Source of the DNA: a virus
Taxonomy: Duplodnaviria; Heunggongvirae; Uroviricota; Caudoviricetes
Reading direction: 5' to 3' (one strand)
Length of the DNA stretch: 64,000 nucleotides
Virus record (IMG/VR): IMGVR_UViG_3300017722_002988
Location: 3,760-67,759 of that record
The notes below the pieces were generated by a model. The model worked only from the letters and a program-made list of their open reading frames with translations. It was not told the DNA's origin and made no database searches. Made by a program: the position numbers and the translations under genes. This document shows, piece after piece, positions 9,129-18,900 of this stretch (within the stretch, counting starts at the first letter, position 1; each line of letters opens with the position of its first letter).

Positions 9129-11504
9129 TTGGCATATAACCTAGTTCAGACGTTTTTCGTCAACTCAAATGCAGTAAACGGCTCTAGCCAGGTTCTCCTG
9201 ACTAGCGTCGACCTGTATGTCAAGAGTAAGCCAAATCGTACTGCGAACAAATCAGGTCTAACCAATCCCAGCATCGTAGTTAAGATCTGCCCAGCTACCA
9301 GAGATGCACCTATCCTGGAAAACATAGCTAGTGCTCCTTTTGCTAGAATGACATGGGACGACATCGTTCTAACTGAAAACGCAGACACTCCTACCACATT
9401 TACTTTCGCTGCACCACTAACTCTGCCAACAAACGCGTACTATGGAATCTACATTCAGGTCATGGATGAAGATTATGAACTATGGCAGGCGGTGCAAGGT
9501 CACGCGTTGATCAACACCAACTCTCCAACTAGCGGACCAAACGGTCGATACGATGGGTATCTCTTTGAAGGATCGTCAGACGATAACTTCAGGGCTATCT
9601 CAGATCGTGATCTGCGCTTCGGTGTTTCTGTTGCCCAGTTCTCTGCTAACACGACTGCAAACGTTGGGTTCGTGGCCGAGAACTATGAGTTCCTTACCAT
9701 CAATGATTTGCATGATACCTTCCTCACCCGTGAGCGTGTTTTCCAGGACCCTTCAGACACCGGGCTGACTATTCAGGTTAAGGCTGATTTGCCAGGAACT
9801 CTGACTATCAATGCAAACTCAACAAGAATCCTCGGAAACAATACAACGTTCTCCACGACTCTTGCAGCAAACAGCTTCATCATTCTGTCTGATTCTCAGG
9901 CTGCGAATACGTATGCGATCGCTGTTGTCAATAACATCGTCAACAACACCGTCCTCTTCCTTAAAGAGAAGTCTGTGATTACGACTAACGGCTTCTCTGG
10001 TTCCTACAGAACCGGTGTTGTGGCAGAAGTTTTTGAATCTCGCCCATACTTCAACAAGACCAATGAGATCGTTCTCTTCAAGTCTTCGGCGAATAGCACC
10101 GCTCGATTCGTCACGGGTGGCCTAGGCGGCGTTACAGTATCCAACACGGGTGCTGGATACTCCAATACAAATATCGTGCGTGTTGTCAATCCGGTAGGCG
10201 AAGACGCTACATACACGATCACTACTAACGGATCCGGTGCTATTTCTTACCTGACGGTTATCTCACCGGGCGAAGACTTCGTTCCGCCTGTTTCAAACGT
10301 CAGGATCGAGGTGTCTATATCTGATCCGACGCTGAAGGCTGGTAACCCAGGCGCCAACGCTGTTATTACAGTGGCAAACAACCAAGTTGGTTTGACTCTG
10401 AGGGGTCATGTCTCTGGAGCATATGCTAACATCGTTTCTGTTGATGATAAGTCCATCACGGAGATTTGGCCACAGTTCCAAGAAATCAACTCAGTTGATG
10501 GCACCATTACAGTAGATCACGCATATTCAAATGGAACGACCCTTGGAATTAGTGCTGGGCTATATCGACCAACAACACTAAAGGCATTCAATAAGCTATC
10601 TGATTATCCAGCAGTTCTTGGATCGACGTCGAATGAAAAGGGCGCCAACTCTGGTGTGTCTAGCCGATTCAATGTTGTCTTCGAAGTCAACAAAGACAAT
10701 GACTTCCTCTTCGAAACTCCTGTCATTGAGTCGCAGCGCGCTACCGTCATGACGTACGAGAACGACATTAATAATGACGCCACGAACGAGCATACCAACA
10801 ACGGTAATGCTATTTCCAAGTACATCGGTAAGCGAATCGGGTTTGATCAGGACTCTGCATCTGAAGATCTAATGGTCTATGTCCGCGGTCAACGCCCAGC
10901 CGGAACCGACATTGAGGTCTATGCTAAGCTGCACAACTCAATAGACGATGAGCCATTCGATGACAAGCTCTGGACCAAACTGACCAAGACGACACCTGAG
11001 GTGTTCACCAACCCGTATGACAAGTTCAGTCTGACCACAATCGGATATACACTGCCACAATACCCCGAGGTCGCATCGACCCTGGCGGGCGTCGTGACAA
11101 CGGCAAACAACTCAGCAAACGTCGATGGTTCTGGAACTAACTTCACATCGGCTCTGATCGGCGAACTAGTTCGCATCTGGAGCCCACTGAATGTAACGAA
11201 CCATCAGGTTGCTCCGGTTATTGCTGTAGCAAACACCACGCGACTTACCCTCGGATCTCCAGTGGTTAACAACTCGGTTCAGGAATCGGTCGTTGGCGCC
11301 GGTCTGAAGATGGACCTCCTATCCTACGTGGGCACCGGCTTCAACAATATCCTCAATGACAATGTGGCTAGGTATTACACCCAAACGAACCAAGCCGAGA
11401 TCGACGGTTTCGACACGTTCGCGATAAAAGTCGTCCTCCTTTCTGACAATAAATACATTGTACCTACTGTCGAAGATATTCGAATGGTCGGTGTGTCTGC
11501 CTAA
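9129..11504 (+). CDS. Virion structural protein resembling the C-terminal part of DUF4815/VrlC-like proteins (TTG start)
   Basis: Starts 'AYNLVQTFFV...LTSVDLYVKSK'; ends 'FDTFAIKVVLLSDNKYIVPTVEDIRMV'; RBS-like GAAGGA upstream. Confidence 0.65.
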   Translation: MAYNLVQTFFVNSNAVNGSSQVLLTSVDLYVKSKPNRTANKSGLTNPSIVVKICPATRDAPILENIASAPFARMTWDDIVLTENADTPTTFTFAAPLTLPTNAYYGIYIQVMDEDYELWQAVQGHALINTNSPTSGPNGRYDGYLFEGSSDDNFRAISDRDLRFGVSVAQFSANTTANVGFVAENYEFLTINDLHDTFLTRERVFQDPSDTGLTIQVKADLPGTLTINANSTRILGNNTTFSTTLAANSFIILSDSQAANTYAIAVVNNIVNNTVLFLKEKSVITTNGFSGSYRTGVVAEVFESRPYFNKTNEIVLFKSSANSTARFVTGGLGGVTVSNTGAGYSNTNIVRVVNPVGEDATYTITTNGSGAISYLTVISPGEDFVPPVSNVRIEVSISDPTLKAGNPGANAVITVANNQVGLTLRGHVSGAYANIVSVDDKSITEIWPQFQEINSVDGTITVDHAYSNGTTLGISAGLYRPTTLKAFNKLSDYPAVLGSTSNEKGANSGVSSRFNVVFEVNKDNDFLFETPVIESQRATVMTYENDINNDATNEHTNNGNAISKYIGKRIGFDQDSASEDLMVYVRGQRPAGTDIEVYAKLHNSIDDEPFDDKLWTKLTKTTPEVFTNPYDKFSLTTIGYTLPQYPEVASTLAGVVTTANNSANVDGSGTNFTSALIGELVRIWSPLNVTNHQVAPVIAVANTTRLTLGSPVVNNSVQESVVGAGLKMDLLSYVGTGFNNILNDNVARYYTQTNQAEIDGFDTFAIKVVLLSDNKYIVPTVEDIRMVGVSA

Positions 11505-11674
11505 TGAATATGAAGGTAGATGAAGACACTCGAATCGTTTCTAACCAGAACCGTAGAGAGTATCTCGAGATGAAACATAAAAGAGATACCACGAAACGTA
11601 TCGAGAAGCTCGAACGTGCGGTGGAAGATCTCACTAGAGAAGTCAATGCTCTGAAAGGGCAAAAGGAAAGCTAA
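11504..11674 (+). CDS. Small coiled-coil hypothetical protein (56 aa; not in ORF track)
   Basis: Manual translation MNMKVDEDTRIVSNQNRREYLEMKHKRDTTKRIEKLERAVEDLTREVNALKGQKES; TAATG overlap with upstream stop; fills the gap exactly. Confidence 0.7.
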   Translation: MNMKVDEDTRIVSNQNRREYLEMKHKRDTTKRIEKLERAVEDLTREVNALKGQKES

Positions 11675-11677
11675 CGG

Positions 11678-12466
11678 ATGTCCTATAGAGCAGTCGATAC
11701 CAACATCCTAAGTGTTGTCAACGTAAATGCTGATACCTTCCAGCTATTCGTTACCAAATACAACCAGGTTGTTGATCACCTTCAAAACACAGTTCTGACC
11801 GTATCGAACACGAACTCATACGATGGTAATAACACTGGTAACGGATTCGTAGTCGGCATCTTCGGCGGAACGACTCTTGTTGCCGGCTCCGCCCTGCGTG
11901 GCGGTAACGTTTCGACTTCAAACACACTAACAGTCACCTCAGTTGTTTCCGTCACAAACAATTTGTCTGTCGCCAACGTTTTCACTGTCACGTCCGGTTT
12001 GTCAAACGTCAATACGCTGAATGTTCGTGGCGCTGCAAACATCGCCAACGTCCTAACTGTCACAAGCAATGCTGTCTTGGGCTCATTCTTGTCTGTTGCT
12101 GCTAATGCTTCATTTGCCAACAACATCGCTGTTAAGACCGACTATGTGATCGAGGTATCAGCCAACTCAGATCTCGGATCCAACACTACATCGCCCCAAC
12201 AAATCTATGCTTTCCTCAAGACAGATTTTAGCTCGGCTAGAATTTTGGTGCAAAGCAAGAAGGGATCTAATACCCAGGTGTACGAAGGCATCTTGGCTCA
12301 CAATAGCGGAACGCCACAGATGGCGGTCTATGGTGTGGTTTCTGTGCCTACGAATGCCAACAACGGCATTATTTCGGCAAGCTCAAATACAACCCATATC
12401 ACCTTGAACTACCAGCAAACCGCCATAAATACTTCAACCAAGACAATCCTCCACATGGTGAAGTAA
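11678..12466 (+). CDS. Putative virion/fibre-associated protein
   Basis: Asn/Thr/Val-rich beta-type sequence; C-terminal ~90 aa resemble the next ORF; lies in the structural operon. Confidence 0.6.
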   Translation: MSYRAVDTNILSVVNVNADTFQLFVTKYNQVVDHLQNTVLTVSNTNSYDGNNTGNGFVVGIFGGTTLVAGSALRGGNVSTSNTLTVTSVVSVTNNLSVANVFTVTSGLSNVNTLNVRGAANIANVLTVTSNAVLGSFLSVAANASFANNIAVKTDYVIEVSANSDLGSNTTSPQQIYAFLKTDFSSARILVQSKKGSNTQVYEGILAHNSGTPQMAVYGVVSVPTNANNGIISASSNTTHITLNYQQTAINTSTKTILHMVK

Positions 12467-12467
12467 G

Positions 12468-12896
12468 ATGGCAGTGAATAGACTAAAGATTGAAGAGGGC
12501 ATTGAGGCGATTGGTAACTCAGTCGTCACTGGTAACCTTACAATCACCGACACGCTGTACATCGGTAACAACAACTTCGAGTTCAATACAAATGCTATTG
12601 CGGTTTCTGCTGCGGCGGTTACGAACGTGGATGCTTACAGCGCCACTGGTTATCACTTTGCCAAATACTTTGTGACTATCCGCAACGATGCTGGAACGCT
12701 TTACCATGCCCTAGAGCTGGTCGTGGTCAACCAGGGGTCTAACGTTTCCATGACCACCTACGGCGAGGTTTGGTCTAACTATTCGCTGGGTCTCCTGGAT
12801 GCATCTGTGTCAGGTGGAAATGTGGTTGTCACGGTAAACCCAACGGCCAACGCAGTCCCACTGACGGTCAGCACCTACAGAACAATCCAAGCCTAA
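12468..12896 (+). CDS. Putative virion/fibre-associated protein
   Basis: Tightly packed ORF; beta-rich domain 'FAKYFVTIRN...ELVVVNQGSNVSMTTYGEV' paralogous to the C-terminus of the previous ORF. Confidence 0.6.
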   Translation: MAVNRLKIEEGIEAIGNSVVTGNLTITDTLYIGNNNFEFNTNAIAVSAAAVTNVDAYSATGYHFAKYFVTIRNDAGTLYHALELVVVNQGSNVSMTTYGEVWSNYSLGLLDASVSGGNVVVTVNPTANAVPLTVSTYRTIQA

Positions 12897-12906
12897 AGGA
12901 CACTCC

Positions 12907-15900
12907 TTGGCTAATGCATACCAACTCATCAGCATCGAACAAGTCGATGGACTGGCCGCTGCTCTAGAAGCAGCGAGCAACACTCCTGCTGAAATTCTCG
13001 CATCACTACTCACCGTTGACGGCCCAGGATCTGGGCTGAACGCCGACCTGCTTGATGGGTATAACTCCACAGACTTCGTATTTACGTCTTCGTACACAGC
13101 AGCAGATGTCCTCGCTAAACTCATAACGGTCGACGGTAGCGGATCTGGCCTCGATGCCGATCTGTTTGACGGCTATAATAGTGATGCTTTTCCCCGTAAG
13201 GCAGAGACCGCCACTATTTCAGGGTCATGGTCGTTTAGCACTGGGTATATTCACGGCATTGGAACCACTGCTCGCCTAGATCTTGACGATAACTTCGGCG
13301 CCTCTTTGGTGTATGGGACATCAAGGCTGGCCATCGGCGGTCCGCTTATTTTCTATATAAGCTCAATAGAAAAACTCAGAATTAACACAAACGATGTGGC
13401 GTTCCATTCTGGTACTATTACTGCCAATGGGAATTCCATTTGGCATGCTGGCAATGATGGCGCAGCTTCCGGTCTTGATGCTGATCTCCTTGACGGACAA
13501 CATGGATCTTACTATTTCCCTGTGTCTGGTGGTAGCTTTACTGGCAACATTTCCATTGTCAAAGCGTCCCCTTCTATTACAATCAACGATACAACGTACG
13601 TGAACCCGTCCGCCCTGGGTTTGTTCCGCATATATTCTGCTGCGGGTAATCTGTACTTTACCCGCAACACTTCCACAGCCCGTGACTATGCTACCGAATC
13701 TTCGATTCTTAACATGAATAGCTCAACAGGCGTCGTTGCATTCACTTCTGGGCCTTTCGTCGGGGCAAACCAAATTTGGCATGCTGGTAACGACGGAACT
13801 GGATCTACTCTAGACGCTGACCTTCTTGATGGCCAGGAAGGTTCGTACTACCGAGATGCCGGCAACCTAAACGCAGGAACTATCCTAGCTGCACGTATGC
13901 CGGCCCACACGGGTGACGTGACAAGCTCAGCGGCCAGCGTTGCACTAACTCTGGCAACTGTTAATGGAAACGTCGGATCCTTTGGATCTGCTACTGCCAC
14001 CTCGACATTTACGGTCAATGCCAAAGGCCTAATAACCGCTGCTGGTTCAACCACTATCACTCCAGCGTGGGGATCAATAACCAGCGTACCGGCGGGCGTG
14101 ACCTCGTTGGCCGCTTTGACTGGTGCTGGCGTTGTGACCGCAACGAGCACTGGTGTTTTGGCTATGCGCTCTATCGGAGTCGCAGGATCTACCGAGATTC
14201 CTGATCGAGCGGCAGCAGATAGCAGGTACCTGACGCTCTCTGGTGGAACCTTAGCTGGGTATCTAGTCCTGCACGCCGATCCAGCATCGGCCATGCAAGC
14301 CGCTACAAAGCAATATGTCGATACCGTAGCATCTGGTTTATCACCAAAGGCTGCAGTCCGTGCGGCAACTACCGTAGCCGGCGGAAACATCACACTATCC
14401 GGAACCCAAACAATTGATGGTGTCGCAGTCATTGCCGGCAACAGAGTTCTGGTTAAAGACCAAACTTCCTCACTTCAAAATGGCATTTATGTTTGCGCGG
14501 CTGGTGCCTGGTCTAGAGCAACAGATGCCGACTCGTGGGCTGAACTTGTTTCCGCATTCGTCTTCGTTGAAGAAGGAACAAATAACGCTGATACCGGTTG
14601 GACCTGTACTGTAAACTCTGGTGGTACCTTGGGTACCACGGCCGTCACCTGGGTACAGTTCAGCGGATCTGCAACATTTACAGCTTCGACTGGCATCACT
14701 AAAGTCGGCTCAGATTTCCAGCTCACTGGCCAGGCTCTGGCTCTTCATAATCTGGCAACAAACGGATCCATTCACCGTACCGGATCTGGCACCTACGCGT
14801 CACGCACTCTAACGGCCCCTGCAGCTGGCATCACTGTGACAAATGGTGATGGTGTAGCTGGTAACCCAACTCTTGTTTTGGCAAATGACCTTGCTGCGGT
14901 TGAAGGCCTGGCAACCACCGGTATCGTTCGCCGTACTTCCACTGATACCTGGTCGGCCTCTGCTTTGGTAAACGCGGATCTTCCAGCGTCTGGCGTTACT
15001 GCTTCGACGTACCGCAGCGTTACTGTTAATGCCCAAGGTATCATCACCGGCGGAACCAACCCAACCACTATTTCTGGCTACGGCATCACTGATGCTGTTG
15101 CAAGAGCATCTTTTGCTGTTTCACCTAATAGCTCTATGGCCGCTATAGACTCGCGTGCCATCACCAATCCGACAACGGGTCTTGGTTATAGTGGTGGCGG
15201 CCGGTTCCGCTTCTCGGCACTCAATGATGATAACACAACCCCGTATGCCGATGTTATCGATCTATCGACTTACACGGATTCTTCCGGTGGTGGTTTCAAT
15301 GCTCTTTACTTTAGCAAGAGTTCCCACCTTCTGAAGCACAAGTTTGCAGTAGCGGGAGCGACTTCGTGGGATACCAAGACTGTAGCCTACACCGACTCTA
15401 ATATAACGGGGAACACAACTGGTTCGGCAGGGTCATTGGCCAATGGCCGCACCATATCTATCACGGGTGATCTGACTTGGACTTCACCATCTTTCAACGG
15501 CACGAGCAATATCACTGCTGCCGGTACGCTCGCCACGGTTAATGGAAACGTTGGATCCTTTGGATCCGCTACCGCTGCTACGATCTTTACTGTCAATGCC
15601 AAGGGTTTGATCACCGCTGCAAGTAGTGCTACTATCACTCCTGCATGGTCATCTATTACGTCGAAACCGACGACGCTGTCTGGCTACAGCGTAACCGCTG
15701 CTGATGTCCTCTCTACATTGTTGACAGTAGATGGTGCCTCATCCGCGCTGGATGCCGACCTCCTCGATGGTCGCCATGGCTCTCAGTTTGTCATGCTGGG
15801 CGGCACCGGAACAAATGCGGATGCGACAATGGATTCTGCGTTCTGGACGGACAACGGCCAAGTAGGAATTGCGTATATTAGCGGCGGGACAAACTTCCCT

Positions 15901-18900
15901 AATAGTCAGACTGCTGGTGGTGCATACACCTTCAAGAACTTTGTTGGTGCCTCTAACTCCGCATACTCACGAGCGTTCCAGTTCTTCAAAGGATCGGGAG
16001 ACACGTCTCTTTATATGCGTGGGTTCGATAGCGGCGGCGTGGGTAATGCTTGGGGTAAAATTTGGACGGACGTTAACGATGGTGCTGGATCGACCCTCGA
16101 TGCCGACCTCTTGGATGGACAACAGGGCTCCTACTATCAAGATGCTGGTAACCTGAACGCTGGAACAATCCTCGCTGCCAGGATGCCAGCACTCACGGGT
16201 GATATTACAACTTCTGCAGGTGCGGTTGCAACAACATTGGCAACCGTTAATGGAAACGTCGGATCTTTTGGATCCGCTACCGCTGCTACGATCTTTACTG
16301 TCAATGCTAAAGGCCTGATTACTGCTGCTTCTAGCGCCACCATCACCCCGGCGTGGTCGTCGATCACATCAAAGCCAACCACTATTTCCGGTTACGGCAT
16401 TACAGATGCTGTTCTTAAAACCGGTGATACTATGTCAGGCAAGCTAGGAATTAATAGCTCCGCTCTGGGTGGTAATGCCTTAGATGTGTATACCGCGTCT
16501 GCCGGAAGCATCGCGGTTTTCCAAAGCAACGCTCCAGCCGCTGGAAACACACTAATAGCGCTCAATCAAGGCGGCTCCACTGTTACGGGCTCGCTATACG
16601 GCCTCAAAGCAAGCCTGTCTTGTACCTCTGAAGCAATGCTAACTATGCAACAAAACGGGGCAGGCGCTGCAATACTCGAAGCGCTAGTACTTGGTGCTGG
16701 CGATGCCGCTTCAAGATATTTGATTAACGGCGGGCAAGCATGGACCGTTGGCCTTGATAACTCTGACAGCGATAAGTTTAAGATCAGCGGGTCTGGCACA
16801 CTAGGAACAACCGACCGACTGACTATTGATACTTCTGGTTTAGTAGGTATCGGAACAACTACTCCGTCATCCCTTCTTCACCTTAGGGCTGCGTCTGCTC
16901 CGACAGTTCGCCTAGAAAACGATACAGCTACTTCAACTAGCGCATACCAATTCTACAGCGGTTCAACGCTAGAGGGCGCCATCAGCCATTACGCACAGAC
17001 TGCTGCACTTACAATCTCATCTGGAAGAAGCGTTGCTTGGGGAGGGCATATTATCCTCGCGACTGACACTGTCGAAAAGATGCGTATCACGAGCACTGGT
17101 TTGGTTGGTATCGGAACTTCGGCTCCATTTTCAAGGCTTCATCTTTCGACATCATCAGCCGTAGACGGCATGACCCTTGGTTCTCCAACTGGTGTAGGAT
17201 TAACGGTTTCTAACGCTGACCCAGCGTATGGCCTCAATATGGGCACACACGGCAGTGGTCGGTCGTGGATACAGGCTAGCCGAGTTGATGGCACTGCTAC
17301 TGCATATGACTTGAGCCTTCAGGCTTCTGGGGGGTCGGTGGGTATTGGAATTGCTGCGCCATCCCATAAACTCCACGTTAGAGGCGAAGGAGATGTTCGC
17401 GTATACGTCGAAGACGATAATACCAATGGAAGAGGCGGATATCTTCGCTCGGTTACTGGCGGAGCTGTAACGTTAGGCACTTCCTCTGGAGTTCGTGATC
17501 TGGTGTTTGCTCCAGACAACACTGAGCGTATGCGAATTCTGACTACAGGTAATGTTGGTATCGGGACGGCCTCGCCTGCAACAGCACTTGATGTTGCTGG
17601 AACTATTACGTCAACAGGCGGTAATTTTGAAACAACTAATGGCGGCGACCGATCAATAACGCTGAGATCATCTACGTCATATAATTGGCAACTCAGGTCC
17701 ACTGGCGATCATTTCCAAATCCGCGAGGCGAGCGACGCTGCTAAAATTCGTTTGGCGATCACTTACCCAAATGGTTATGTCGGGATCGGCACCGCATCCC
17801 CAGGCAGCGTCCTAGAACTGTTCAACGCTGCGACCTTTAACGCCAGGACGAGCGGACTCAACGTACATAGACCTAGTTCGTACGGCCAATATGGTTCGAT
17901 GGCCTATGACGGCGACACTACGTATTTCAGCTCCACTTATACTGGTGGCGGCGCGGGTGTGTATGGAGCGTTCCGGTTCTGGGCTTACGATAGTACGTCC
18001 ACACCAGTAGACCGTTTCAGAATCGCTTCTAATGGTGACGTTTGTTTTGGATCAACGGCTCCTACTCAGAAATTTGGAGTAGACGTTTCGCGCGAACAGG
18101 TGTTTGGCGTTGACACGCTCGGCTATGTGACAATGCCTCACGCTGACGCTTCCGGCTTCAGCGCTCTGAAAGCTGCAAGCGGCCGCGGCCTTAGACTCAT
18201 GAGTGGCTCGTCTACTCTAGTTAGCATGCCCAGCAGTCTCGCATCAACCCTGGTCCTTGGCTATGCTGCTCTGCAAATTGGTGATAGCTCTGGATCGGGC
18301 ACGCCTATCAGACTCTTCTCAATCGGCGCCTCAGACCTGGTTCTGAGGGGTGGTGACGGCGACGTTTCTCGGACCGCCGACGTGATCGTTACGGTCAAAA
18401 ACAACGTAGAGGTTGCCAGATTCGCAGATACTGGAGTCGTAAGCTTTGCTAACACGAGCGTTACGGCAGCCGGCAACGCAATGTGGCATGCTGGTAACGA
18501 TGGTGCCGCTTCTGGTCTTGACGCCGATCTGCTTGACGGAGTTCAGGGTGCGAGCTATGCTTTGCTAGCTTCGCCAGCGCTCACGGGCACCCCTACGGCA
18601 CCAACAGCTGCAGCAGCTACTAACACGACTCAGATTGCCACAACGGCATTTGTGACGACCGCCGACAACCTGAAAGCCAATCTGGCATCTCCTACATTCA
18701 CTGGCACTCCGGCAGCGCCAACAGCTGCGGCGCTTACTAACACAACCCAAATTGCCACGACTGCGTTTGTAACAACCGCTGACAATCTAAAAGCTAATAT
18801 TGCTGCACCTTCCTTCACAGGCAACGGGGTGATCACCAGCTCGTCCGGTGGTACGGCTACAATTACGTTCACTATCTCAGATACCCATACAGCAACACAG

